From assembly GCA_964057225.1 (NCBI GenBank), contig OZ059896.1, forward strand, positions 18,538,001 through 18,602,000: a stretch of 64,000 bases of DNA. Direction: 5' to 3'. The DNA is from Auanema rhodensis. Taxonomy: Eukaryota > Animalia > Nematoda. The notes under the pieces were generated by a model, which saw only the letters and a program-made list of their open reading frames with translations, was not told the DNA's origin and searched no databases. Below are positions 1 through 15,000 of this stretch, piece after piece (the stretch's first letter is position 1; each line of letters begins with the position of its first letter). The translations under genes were made by a program, and so were the position numbers.

Positions 1-3000
1 TCATTCAATTTTTCGAAAATTTACCAATGTAGTCAAGATGATTCTCTGAAAGTATTCCCAAATTTAGAAAAAATGAAAACAGGCAAACAAATTTTCACTG
101 TGTCAAAGATAAACATCAGTACTTTTGCTAGCAATACTCGTGATTGTTTCGCACTCTGGACCGGAAATTGTAATATAGCGATCATTTACTCTATATAGGT
201 ATACGATTCATTTGCTCCATATATATTTATATTTTTTTATTCTGTATTGGTCAATAATAAGTGGTTCACTATCACCACAGATAAGATATCTTTTTATTAT
301 GAAAATGGGGACTTCTTGGAGAATGGCAATGAAATAAATATTATTTTAAAAATATTCAGGAATGATCATCGAGAGTTTCCATATTTTTATAGAGAACTTG
401 TTTACATTTAACAGTATGTTCACAAAACTGTAAGCTGGACGGCCGGTTCAATGTTTTTTGATGTTTTTTTATTTTTATCATTCAATTTTTCGAAAATTTA
501 CCAATGTAGTCAAGATGATTCTCTGGATGTATTCCCAAATTTAGAAAAAATGAAAGCAGGCAAACTAATTTTTACTGTGTCAAAGAAAAATATCAGTATT
601 TTTGCTAGCAATACTCGTGATTGTTTCGCACTCTGGACCGGCAATTGTAACATAACGATCATTTGCTCTATATATGTTTATATTTTTTTATTTTGTTTTA
701 GTCAATAATAAGCGGTTCACTATCACCACAGATAAGATATGTTTTCTTTATGAAAATGGGGAATTCTTGGAGAATGGCAATGAAAGTAATATTATTTTGA
801 AGATATTCAGGAATGATCATCGAGAGTTTCCATCTTTTTATAGAGAACTTGTTTACATTCAACAGTATGTTCACAAAACTGTTAGCTGGACGGCCGGTTC
901 AATGTTTTTTGATGTTTTTTCATTTTTATCATTCAATTTTTTGAAAATTTATCAATGTAGTCAAGATGATTCTCTGGAAGTAATCCCGAATTGAGAAAAA
1001 ATGAAAACAGGCAAACGAATTTTTACTGTGTCAAAGAAAAATATCAGTATTTTTGCTAGCAATACTCGTGATTGTTTCGCACTCTGGACCGGCAATTGTA
1101 ACATAACGATCATTTGCTCTATATATGTTTATATTTTTTTATTTTGTTTTAGTCAATAATAAGCGGTTCACTATCACCACAGATAAGATATGTTTTCTTT
1201 ATGAAAATGGGGAATTCTTGGAGAATGGCAATGAAAGTAATATTATTTTAAAAATATTCAGGAATGATCATCGAGAGTTTCCATCTTTTTATAGAGAACT
1301 TGTTTACATTTAACAGTATGTTCACAAAATTGTTAGCTGGACGGCCAATTCAATTCTTCAGATGTTTTTCTATTTTTATTATAATTTATAGATATTAATC
1401 AATGTAGTCAAGATGATTCGCTGAAAGTATTCCCAAATTTAGAAGAAATGAGAGCAGGCAAACAAATGTTTACTGTGTCAAAGGTAAACATGAGTACTTT
1501 TGCTAGCAATACTCGTGATTGTTTCGCACTCTGGACCGGAAATTGTAATATAGCCATCATTTACTCTATATAGGTATACGATTCATTTGCTCCATATATA
1601 TTTATATTTTTTTATTTCGTTTTGGTCTATAATAAGGGGTTCACTATCACAACAGATGAGATATATTTTTATTATGAAAATAGGGAATTCTTGGAGAATA
1701 GTAATGAAATTAATATTATTTTAAAAATATTGGACGGCCGGTCCAATGTTTTTTGATGTTTTTTTTATTTTTATCATTCAATTTTTCGAAAATTTACCAA
1801 TGTAGTCAAGATGATTCTCTGAAAGTATTCCCAAATTTAGAAAAAATGAAAGCAGGCAAACAAATTTTTACTGTGTCAAAGGTAAACATGAGTACTTTTG
1901 CTAGCAATACTCGTGATTGTTCCGCACTCTGGACCGGAAATTGTAATATAGCGATCATTTACTCTATATAGGTATACGATTCATTTGCTCCATATATATT
2001 TATATTTTTTTATTCTGTATTGGTCAATAATAAGTGGTTCACTATCACCACAGATAAGATATCTTTTTATTATGAAAATGGGGACTTCTTGGAGAATGGC
2101 AATGAAATAAATATTATTTTAAAAATATTCAGGAATGATCATCGAGAGTTTCCATATTTTTATAGAGAACTTGTTTACATTTAACAGTATGTTCACAAAA
2201 CTGTAAGCTGGACGGCCGGTTCCATGTTTTTTGATGTTTTTTTATTTTTATCATTCAATTTTTCGAAAATTTACCAATGTAGTCAAGATGATTCTTTGGA
2301 TGTATTCCCAAATTTAGAAAAAATGAAAGCAGGCAAACTAATTTTTACTGTGTCAAAGAAAAATATCAGTATTTTTGCTAGCAATACTCGTGATTGTTTC
2401 GCACTCTGGACCGGCAATTGTAACATAACGATCATTTGCTCTATATATGTTTATATTTTTTTATTTTGTTTTAGTCAATAATAAGCGGTTCACTATCACC
2501 ACAGATAAGATATGTTTTCTTTATGAAAATGGGGAATTCTTGGAGAATGGCAATGAAAGTAATATTATTTTGAAGATATTCAGGAATGATCATCGAGAGT
2601 TTCCATCTTTTTATAGAGAACTTGTTTACATTCAACAGTATGTTCACAAAACTGTTAGCTGGACGGCCGGTTCAATGTTTTTTGATGTTTTTTCATTTTT
2701 ATCATTCAATTTTTTGAAAATTTATAAATGTAGTCAAGATGATTCTCTGGAAGTAATCCCGAATTGAGAAAAAATGAAAACAGGCAAACGAATTTTTACT
2801 GTGTCAAAGAAAAATATCAGTATTTTTGCTAGCAATACTCGTGATTGTTTCGCACTCTGGACCGGCAATTGTAACATAACGATCATTTGCTCTATATATG
2901 TTTATATTTTTTTATTTTGTTTTAGTCAATAATAAGCGGTTCACTATCACCACAGATAAGATATGTTTTCTTTATGAAAATGGGGAATTCTTGGAGAATG

Positions 3001-6000
3001 GCAATGAAAGTAATATTATTTTAAAAATATTCAGGAATGATCATCGAGAGTTTCCATCTTTTTATAGAGAACTTGTTTACATTTAACAGTATGTTCACAA
3101 AATTGTTAGCTGGACGGCCAATTCAATTCTTCAGATGTTTTTCTATTTTTATTATAATTTATAGATATTAATCAATGTAGTCAAGATGATTCGCTGAAAG
3201 TATTCCCAAATTTAGAAGAAATGAGAGCAGGCAAACAAATGTTTACTGTGTCAAAGGTAAACATGAGTACTTTTGCTAGCAATACTCGTGATTGTTTCGC
3301 ACTCTGGACCGGAAATTGTAATATAGCCATCATTTACTCTATATAGGTATACGATTCATTTGCTCCATATATATTTATATTTTTTTATTTCGTTTTGGTC
3401 TATAATAAGGGGTTCACTATCACAACAGATGAGATATATTTTTATTATGAAAATAGGGAATTCTTGGAGAATAGTAATGAAATTAATATTATTTTAAAAA
3501 TATTGGACGGCCGGTCCAATGTTTTTTGATGTTTTTTTTATTTTTATCATTCAATTTTTCGAAAATTTACCAATGTAGTCAAGATGATTCTCTGAAAGTA
3601 TTCCCAAATTTAGAAAAAATGAAAGCAGGCAAACAAATTTTTACTGTGTCAAAGGTAAACATGAGTACTTTTGCTAGCAATACTCGTGATTGTTCCGCAC
3701 TCTGGACCGGAAATTGTAATATAGCGATCATTTACTCTATATAGGTATACGATTCATTTGCTCCATATATATTTATATTTTTTTATTCTGTATTGGTCAA
3801 TAATAAGTGGTTCACTATCACCACAGATAAGATATCTTTTTATTATGAAAATGGGGACTTCTTGGAGAATGGCAATGAAATAAATATTATTTTAAAAATA
3901 TTCAGGAATGATCATCGAGAGTTTCCATATTTTTATAGAGAACTTGTTTACATTTAACAGTATGTTCACAAAACTGTAAGCTGGACGGCCGGTTCCATGT
4001 TTTTTGATGTTTTTTTATTTTTATCATTCAATTTTTCGAAAATTTACCAATGTAGTCAAGATGATTCTTTGGATGTATTCCCAAATTTAGAAAAAATGAA
4101 AGCAGGCAAACTAATTTTTACTGTGTCAAAGAAAAATATCAGTATTTTTGCTAGCAATACTCGTGATTGTTTCGCACTCTGGACCGGCAATTGTAACATA
4201 ACGATCATTTGCTCTATATATGTTTATATTTTTTTATTTTGTTTTAGTCAATAATAAGCGGTTCACTATCACCACAGATAAGATATGTTTTCTTTATGAA
4301 AATGGGGAATTCTTGGAGAATGGCAATGAAAGTAATATTATTTTGAAGATATTCAGGAATGATCATCGAGAGTTTCCATCTTTTTATAGAGAACTTGTTT
4401 ACATTCAACAGTATGTTCACAAAACTGTTAGCTGGACGGCCGGTTCAATGTTTTTTGATGTTTTTTCATTTTTATCATTCAATTTTTTGAAAATTTATAA
4501 ATGTAGTCAAGATGATTCTCTGGAAGTAATCCCGAATTGAGAAAAAATGAAAACAGGCAAACGAATTTTTACTGTGTCAAAGAAAAATATCAGTATTTTT
4601 GCTAGCAATACTCGTGATTGTTTCGCACTCTGGACCGGCAATTGTAACATAACGATCATTTGCTCTATATATGTTTATATTTTTTTATTTTGTTTTAGTC
4701 AATAATAAGCGGTTCACTATCACCACAGATAAGATATGTTTTCTTTATGAAAATGGGGAATTCTTGGAGAATGGCAATGAAAGTAATATTATTTTAAAAA
4801 TATTCAGGAATGATCATCGAGAGTTTCCATCTTTTTATAGAGAACTTGTTTACATTTAACAGTATGTTCACAAAATTGTTAGCTGGACGGCCAATTCAAT
4901 TCTTCAGATGTTTTTCTATTTTTATTATAATTTATAGATATTAATCAATGTAGTCAAGATGATTCGCTGAAAGTATTCCCAAATTTAGAAGAAATGAGAG
5001 CAGGCAAACAAATGTTTACTGTGTCAAAGGTAAACATGAGTACTTTTGCTAGCAATACTCGTGATTGTTTTCGTACTCTGGACCGGAAATTGTAATATAG
5101 CCATCATTTACTCTATATAGGTATACGATTCATTTGCTCCATATATATTTATATTTTTTTATTTCGTTTTGGTCTATAATAAGGGGTTCACTATCACAAC
5201 AGATGAGATATATTTTTATTATGAAAATAGGGAATTCTTGGAGAATAGTAATGAAATTAATATTATTTTAAAAATATTCAGGATTGATCATCAAGAGTTT
5301 TCATCTTTTTATAGAGAACTTGTTTACATTCAACAGTATGTTCACAAAACTGTAAGCTGGACGGCCGGTCTAATGTTTTTTGATGTTTTTTTTATTTTTA
5401 TCATTCAATTTTTCGAAAATTTACCAATGTAGTCAAGATGATTCTCTGAAAGTATTCCCAAATTTAGAAAAAATGAAAGCAGGCAAACAAATTTTTACTG
5501 TGTCAAAGGTAAACATGAGTACTTTTGCTAGCAATACTCGTGATTGTTTCGCACTCTGGACCGGAAATTGTAATATAGCCATCATTTACTCTATATAGGT
5601 ATACGATTCATTTGCTCCATATATATTTATATTTTTTTATTTCGTTTTGGTCTATGATAAGGGGTTCACTATCACAACAGATGAGATATATTTTTATTAT
5701 GAAAATAGGGAATTCTTGGAGAATAGTAATGAAATTAATATTATTTTGAAAATATTCAGGATTGATCATCAAGAGTTTTCATCTTTTTATAGAGAACTTG
5801 TTTACATTCAACAGTATGTTCACAAAACTGTAAGCTGGACGGCCGGTTCAATGTTTTTCGATGTTTTTTTATTTTTCTCATTCAATTTTTCGAAAATTTA
5901 CCAATGTAGTCAAGATGATTTTCTGAAAGTATTCCCAAATTTAGAAAAAATGAAAACAGGCAAACAAATTTTCACTGTGTCAAAGGTAAACATCAGTACT

Positions 6001-9000
6001 TTTGCTAGCAATACTCGTGATTGTTTCGCACTCTGGACCGGAAATTGTAATATAGCGATCATTTACTCTATATAGGTATACGATTCATTTGCTCCATATA
6101 TATTTATATTTTTTTTTTCTGTATTGGTCAATAATAAGTGGTTCACTATCACCACAGATAAGATATCTTTTTATTATGAAAATGGGGACTTCTTGGAGAA
6201 TGGCAATGAAAGTAATATTATTTTAAAAATATTCAGGAATGATCATCGAGAGTTTCCATATTTTTATAGAGAACTTGTTTACATTTAACAGTATGTTCAC
6301 AAAACTGTAAGCTGGACGGCCGGTTCAATGTTTTTTGATGTTTTTTTATTTTTATCATTCAATTTTTCGAAAATTTACCAATGTAGTCAAGACGATTCTC
6401 TGGATGTATTCCCAAATTTAGAAAAAATGAAAGCAGGCAAACTAATTTTTACTGTGTCAAAGGTAAACATGAGTACTTTTGCTAGCAATACTCGTAATTG
6501 TTTCGCACTCTGGACCGGCACTGTAACATAGCGATCATTTACTCTATATAGGTACACGATTTATTTGCTCCATATAAGTTCGTATTTTTTTATTCTGTTT
6601 TGGTCAATAATAATTGGTTCACTATCACCACAGATAAGATTTGTTTTTATTATGAAAATGGGGAATTCTTGGAGAATAGCAATAAAAGTAATATTATTTT
6701 GAAGATATTCAGGAATGATCATCGAGAGTTTCCATCTTTTTATAGAGAACTTGTTTACATTCAACAGTATGTTTACAAAACTGTTAGCTGGACGGCCGGT
6801 TCAATGTTTTTTGATGTTTTTTCATTTTTATCATTCAATTTTTTGAAAATTTATCAATGTAGTCAAGATGATTCTCTGGAAGTAATCCCGAATTGAGAAG
6901 AAATGAAAACAGGCAAACGAATTTTTACTGTGTCAAAGAAAAATATCAGTATTTTTGCTAGCAATACTCGTGATTGTTTCGCACTCTGGACCGGCAATTG
7001 TAACATAACGATCATTTGCTCTATATATGTTTATATTTTTTTATTTTGTTTTAGTCAATAATAAGCGGTTCACTATCACCACAGATAAGATATGTTTTTA
7101 TTATAAAAATGGGGAATTCTTGGAGAATGGCAATGAAAGTAATATTATTTTTAAAATATTCAGGAATGATCATCGAGAGTTTCCATCTTTTTATAGAGAA
7201 CTTGTTTACATTTAACAGTATGTTCACAAAATTGTTAGCTGGACGGCCAATTCAATTCTTCAGATGTTTTTCTATTTTTATTATAATTTTTAGATATTAA
7301 TCAATGTAGTCAAGATGATTCTTTAAAAGTATTCCCAAAATTAGAAGAAATGAGAGCAGGCAAACAAATGTTCACTGTGTCAAAGGAAAACATCAATACT
7401 TTTGCTAGCAATACTCGTAATTGTTTCGCACTCTGGACCGGCAATTGTAATATAGCGATCATTTACTCTATATAGGTATACGATATATTTTGCTCCATAT
7501 ATGTTTATATTTTTTTATTCTGTTTTGGTCAACAATAAGTGGTTCACTATCACCACAGATAAGATATCTTTTTATTATGAAAATGGGGAATTCTTGGAGA
7601 ATAGTAATGAAATTAATATTATTTTAAAAATATTCAGGATTGATCATCGAGAGTTTTCAGCTTTTTATAGAGAACTTGTTTACATTCAACAGTATGTTCA
7701 CAAAACTGTAAGCTGGACGGCCGGTCCAATGTTTTTTGATGTTTTTTTTATTTTTATCATTCAATTTTTCGAAAATTTACCAATGTAGTCAAGATGATTC
7801 TCTGAAAGTATTCCCAAATTTAGAAGAAATGAGAGCAGGCAAACAAATGTTCACTGTGTCAAAGGAAAACATCAATACTTTTGCTAGCAATACTCGTAAT
7901 TGTTTCGCACTCTGGACCGGCAATTGTAATATAGCCATCATTTACTCTATATAGGTATACGATTCATTTGCTCCATATATATTTATATTTTTTTATTTCG
8001 TTTTGGTCTATAATAAGGGGTTCACTATCACAACAGATGAGATATATTTTTATTATGAAAATAGGGAATTCTTGGAGAATAGTAATGAAATTAATATTAT
8101 TTTAAAAATATTCAGGATTGATCATCGAGAGTTTTCAGCTTTTTATAGAGAACTTGTTTACATTCAACAGTATGTTCACAAAACTGTAAGCTGGACGGCC
8201 GGTTCAATGTTTTTTGATGTTTTTTTATTTTTATCATTTAATTTTTCGAAAATTTACCAATGTAGTCAAGATGATTCTCTGAAAGTATTCCCAAATTTAG
8301 AAAAAATGAAAACAGGCAAACAAATTTTCACTGTGTCAAAGGTAAACATGAGTACTTTTGCTAGCAATACTCGTGATTGTTTCGCACTCTGGACCGGAAA
8401 TTGTAATATAGCGATCATTTACTCTATATAGGTATACGATTCATTTGCTCCATATATATTTATATTTTTTCATTCTGTATTGGTCAATAATAAGTGGTTC
8501 ACTATCACCACAGATAAGATTTGTTTTTATTATGAAAATGAGGAATTCTTGGAGAATAGCAATAAAAGTAATATTATTTTAAAAATATTCAGGAATGATC
8601 ATCGAGAGTTTCCATATTTTTATACAGAACTTGTTTACATTTAACAGTATGTTCACAAAACTGTAAGCTGGACGGCCGGTTCAATGTTTTTTGATGTTTT
8701 TTTATTTTTATCATTCAATTTTTCGAAAATTTACCAATGTAGTCAAGATGATTCTCTGGATGTATTCCCAAATTTAGAAAAAATGAAAGCAGGCAAACTA
8801 ATTTTTACTGTGTCAAAGGTAAACATGAGTACTTTTGCTAGCAATACTCGTAATTGTTTCGCACTCTGGACCGGCACTGTAACATAGCGATCATTTACTC
8901 TATATAGGTATACGATTCATTTGCTCCATATATATTTATATTTTTTTATTTCGTTTTGGTCTATAATAAGGGGTTCACTATCACCACAGATAAGATTTGT

Positions 9001-12000
9001 TTTTATTATGAAAATGGGGAATTGTTGGAGAATAGCAATAAAAGTAATATTATTTTAAAAATATTCAGGAATGATCATCGAGAGTTTCCATATTTTTATA
9101 GAGAACTTGTTTACATTTAACAGTATGTTCACAAAACTGTAAGCTGGACGGCCGGTCCAATGTTTTTTGATGTTTTTTTTATTTTTATCATTCAATTTTT
9201 CGAAAATTTACCAATGTAGTCAAGATGATTCTTTAAAAGTATTCCCAAAATTAGAAGAAATGAGAGCAGGCAAACAAATGTTTACTGTGTCAAAGGAAAA
9301 CATCAATACTTTTGCTAGCAATACTCGTAATTGTTTTGCACTCTGGACCGGCAATTGTAATATAGCGATCATTTACTCTATATAGGTATACGATATATTT
9401 TGCTCCATATATGTTTATATTTTTATATTTTGTTTTGGTCAATAATAAGGGGTTCACTATCACCACAGATAAGATATCTTTTTATTATGAAAATGGGGAA
9501 TTCTTGGAGAATAGTAATGAAATTAATATTATTTTAAAAATATTCAGGATTGATCATCGAGAGTTTCCATCTTTTTATAGTGAACTTGTTTACATTCAAC
9601 AGTATGTTCACAAAACTGTAAGCTGGACGGCCGGTCCAATGTTTTTTGATGTTTTTTTATTTTTATTATTTAATTTTTAAATATTCATGGAGGTAGTCAA
9701 GAGAATTCTCTAGAAGTATTCACAAATTTAAAAGAAATGAAAGCAGGTTAACAAATTTTTACTGTGTCAATGGAAAACATCAGTACTCTTGCTAGCTATA
9801 CTCGTAATTGTTTCGCTTTCTGAACCGGCAATTGTAACATAACGATTAATTTGGTCTATGTATGTTTATATTCTTTATATTGTTTAAGTCAACAATAAGC
9901 GGTTCACTATTACCACAGATAAGATATCTTTTTATTATGAAACTGAGGAATTCTTGGAGAATGGCAATAAAAGTAATATTATTTTAAAAATATTCAGGAA
10001 TGATCATCGAGAGTTTCAATTTTTTTATAGAGAACTTGTTCACATTCAACAGTATGTTCACAAATTCGTAAGCTGAACGGCCGATTCAATTTTTCAGATG
10101 TTTTTTATTTTATTATTTAATTTTCAAATATTTATGAAAGTAGTCGAGAGGATTCTCTGAAAGTGTTCCCAAATTTGAAAAAAAACGAAAGCAGGTTAAC
10201 AAATTTCTACTGTGTCAAAGGAGAACATCAGTACTCTTGCTAGCAATACTCGTAATTGTTTCGCACTCTGGACCGGCACTGTAACATAGCGATCATTTAC
10301 TCTATATAGGTACACGATTTATTTGCTCTATATATGTTTATATTTTTTTATTTTGTTTTAGTCAATAATAAGCGGTTCACTATCACCACAGATAAGATAT
10401 GTTTTGTTTATGAAAATGGGGAATTCTTGGAGAATGGCAATGAAAGTAAAATTTTTTTTTAAATATTCAGGAATGATCATCGAGAGTTTCCATCTTTTTA
10501 TAGAGAACTTGTTTACATTTAACAGTATGTTCACAAAATTGTTAGCTGGACGGCCAATTCAATTCTTCAGATGTTTTTCTATTTTTATTATAATTTTTAG
10601 ATAATAATCAATGTAGTCAAGATGATTCTCTGAAAGTATTCCCAAATTTAGAAAAAATAAAAGCAGGCAAACAAATTTTTACTGTGTCAAAGGTAAACAT
10701 CAGTACTTTTGCTAGCAATACTCGTGATTGTTTCGCACTCTGGACAGGAAATTGTAATATAGCGATCATTTACTCTATATAGGTATACGATTCATTTGCT
10801 CCTTATATATTTATATTTTTTTTATTCTGTATTGGTCAATAATAAGTGTTTCACTATCACCACAGATGAGATATCTTTTTATTATGAAAATGGGGAATTC
10901 TTGGAGAATAGTAATGAAATTAATATTATTTTAAAAATATTCAGGATTGATCATCGAGAGTTTTCATCTTTTTATAGTGAACTTGTTTACATTCAACAGT
11001 ATGTTCACAAAACTGTAAGCTGGACGGCCGGTCCAATGTTTTTTGATGTTTTTTTATTTTTATTATTTAATTTTTAAATATTCATGGAGGTAGTCAAGAG
11101 AATTCTCTAGAAGTATTCACAAATTTAAAAGAAATGAAAGCAGGTTAACAAATTTTTACTGTGTCAATGGAAAACATCAGTACTCTTGCTAGCTATACTC
11201 GTAATTGTTTCGCTTTCTGAACCGGCAATTGTAACATAACGATTAATTTGGTCTATGTATGTTTATATTCTTTATATTGTTTAAGTCAACAATAAGCGGT
11301 TCACTATTACCACAGATAAGATATCTTTTTATTATGAAACTGAGGAATTCTTGGAGAATGGCAATAAAAGTAATATTATTTTAAAAATATTCAGGAATGA
11401 TAATCGAGAGTTTCAATTTTTTTATAGAGAACTTGTTCACATTCAACAGTATGTTCACAAATTCGTAAGCTGAACGGCCGATTCAATTTTTCAGATGTTT
11501 TTTATTTTATTATTTAATTTTCAAATATTTATGAAAGTAGTCGAGAGGATTCTCTGAAAGTGTTCCCAAATTTGAAAAAAACGAAAGCAGGTTAACAAAT
11601 TTCTACTGTGTCAAAGGAGAACATCAGTACTCTTGCTAGCAATACTCGTAATTGTTTCGCACTCTGGACCGGCACTGTAACATAGCGATCATTTACTCTA
11701 TATATGTACACGATTTATTTGCTCTATATATGTTTATATTTTTTTATTTTGTTTTAGTCAATAATAAGCGGTTCACTATCACCACAGATAAGATATGTTT
11801 TGTTTATGAAAATGGGGAATTCTTGGAGAATGGCAATGAAAGTAAAATTTTTTTTTAAATATTCAGGAATGATCATCGAGAGTTTCCATCTTTTTATAGA
11901 GAACTTGTTTACATTCAACAGTATGTTCACAAAATTGTTAGCTGGACGGCCAATTCAATTCTTCAGATGTTTTTCTATTTTTATTATAATTTTTAGATAT

Positions 12001-15000
12001 TAATCAATGTAGTCAAGATGATTCTCTGAAAGTATTCCCAAATTTAGAAAAAATAAAAGCAGGCAAACAAATTTTTACTGTGTCAAAGGTAAACATCAAT
12101 ACTTTTGCTAGCAATACTCGTGATTGTTTCGCACTCTGGACCGGAAGTTGTAATATAGCGATCATTTACTCTATATAGGTATACGATTCATTTGCTCTAT
12201 ATATGTTAATATTTTTTTATTTTGTTTTAGTCAATAATAAGCGGTTCACTATCACCACAGATAAGATATGTTTTGTTTATGAAAATGGGGAATTCTTGGA
12301 GAATGGCAATGAAAGTAATATTATTTTAAAAATATTCAGGAATGATCATCGAGAGTTTCCATCTTTTTATAGAGAACTTGTTTACATTCAACAGTATGTT
12401 CACAAAATTGTTAGCTGGACGGCCAATTCAATTCTTCAGATGTTTTTCTATTTTTATTATAATTTTTAGATAATAATCAATGTAGTCAAGATGATTCTTT
12501 AAAAGTATTCCCAAAATTAGAAGAAATGAGAGCAGGCAAACAAATGTTTACTGTGTCAAAGGAAAACATCAATACTTTTGCTAGCAATACTCGTAATTGT
12601 TTTGCATTCTGGACCGGCAATTGTAATATAGCGATCATTTACTCTATATAGGTATACGATATATTTTGCTCCATATATGTTTATATTTTTTTATTCTGTA
12701 TTGGTCAATAATAAGTGGTTCACTATCACCACAGATGAGATATCTTTTTATTATGAAAATGGGGAATTCTTGGAGAATAGTAATGAAATTAATATTATTT
12801 TAAAAATATTCAGGATTGATCATCGAGAGTTTCCATCTTTTTATAGTGAACTTGTTTACATTCAACAGTATGTTCACAAAACTGTAAGCTGGACGGCCGG
12901 TCCAATGTTTTTTGATGTTTTTTTATTTTTATTATTTAATTTTTAAATATTCATGGAGGTAGTCAAGAGAATTCTCTAGAAGTATTCACAAATTTAAAAG
13001 AAATGAAAGCAGGTTAACAAATTTTTACTGTGTCAATGGAAAACATCAGTACTCTTGCTAGCTATACTCGTAATTGTTTCGCTTTCTGAACCGGCAATTG
13101 TAACATAACGATTAATTTGGTCTATGTATGTTTATATTCTTTATATTGTTTAAGTCAACAATAAGCGGTTCACTATTACCACAGATAAGATATCTTTTTA
13201 TTATGAAACTGAGGAATTCTTGGAGAATGGCAATAAAAGTAATATTATTTTAAAAATATTCAGGAATGATCATCGAGAGTTTCAATTTTTTTATAGAGAA
13301 CTTGTTCACATTCAACAGTATGTTCACAAATTCGTAAGCTGAACGGCCGATTCAATTTTTCAGATGTTTTTTATTTTATTATTTAATTTTCAAATATTTA
13401 TGAAAGTAGTCGAGAGGATTCTCTGAAAGTGTTCCCAAATTTGAAAAAAAACGAAAGCAGGTTAACAAATTTCTACTGTGTCAAAGGAGAACATCAGTAC
13501 TCTTGCTAGCAATACTCGTAATTGTTTCGCACTCTGGACCGGCACTGTAACATAGCGATCATTTACTCTATATAGGTACACGATTTATTTGCTCTATATA
13601 TGTTTATATTTTTTTATTTTGTTTTAGTCAATAATAAGCGGTTCACTATCACCACAGATAAGATATGTTTTGTTTATGAAAATGGGGAATTCTTGGAGAA
13701 TGGCAATGAAAGTAAAATTTTTTTTTAAATATTCAGGAATGATCATCGAGAGTTTCCATCTTTTTATAGAGAACTTGTTTACATTTAACAGTATGTTCAC
13801 AAAATTGTTAGCTGGACGGCCAATTCAATTCTTCAGATGTTTTTCTATTTTTATTATAATTTTTAGATAATAATCAATGTAGTCAAGATGATTCTCTGAA
13901 AGTATTCCCAAATTTAGAAAAAATAAAAGCAGGCAAACAAATTTTTACTGTGTCAAAGGTAAACATCAGTACTTTTGCTAGCAATACTCGTGATTGTTTC
14001 GCACTCTGGACAGGAAATTGTAATATAGCGATCATTTACTCTATATAGGTATACGATTCATTTGCTCCTTATATATTTATATTTTTTTTATTCTGTATTG
14101 GTCAATAATAAGTGTTTCACTATCACCACAGATGAGATATCTTTTTATTATGAAAATGGGGAATTCTTGGAGAATAGTAATGAAATTAATATTATTTTAA
14201 AAATATTCAGGATTGATCATCGAGAGTTTTCATCTTTTTATAGTGAACTTGTTTACATTCAACAGTATGTTCACAAAACTGTAAGCTGGACGGCCGGTCC
14301 AATGTTTTTTGATGTTTTTTTATTTTTATTATTTAATTTTTAAATATTCATGGAGGTAGTCAAGAGAATTCTCTAGAAGTATTCACAAATTTAAAAGAAA
14401 TGAAAGCAGGTTAACAAATTTTTACTGTGTCAATGGAAAACATCAGTACTCTTGCTAGCTATACTCGTAATTGTTTCGCTTTCTGAACCGGCAATTGTAA
14501 CATAACGATTAATTTGGTCTATGTATGTTTATATTCTTTATATTGTTTAAGTCAACAATAAGCGGTTCACTATTACCACAGATAAGATATCTTTTTATTA
14601 TGAAACTGAGGAATTCTTGGAGAATGGCAATAAAAGTAATATTATTTTAAAAATATTCAGGAATGATAATCGAGAGTTTCAATTTTTTTATAGAGAACTT
14701 GTTCACATTCAACAGTATGTTCACAAATTCGTAAGCTGAACGGCCGATTCAATTTTTCAGATGTTTTTTATTTTATTATTTAATTTTCAAATATTTATGA
14801 AAGTAGTCGAGAGGATTCTCTGAAAGTGTTCCCAAATTTGAAAAAAACGAAAGCAGGTTAACAAATTTCTACTGTGTCAAAGGAGAACATCAGTACTCTT
14901 GCTAGCAATACTCGTAATTGTTTCGCACTCTGGACCGGCACTGTAACATAGCGATCATTTACTCTATATATGTACACGATTTATTTGCTCTATATATGTT

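Noticed and set aside
141-158. 15/18-nt motif shared by the satellite (TGATTGTTTCGCACTCTG) and the tRNA spacer (TGATATTTTCTCACTCTG)
   Set aside because: A rough estimate gives about one such match by chance between two AT-rich ~400-bp units, and there is no flanking similarity.
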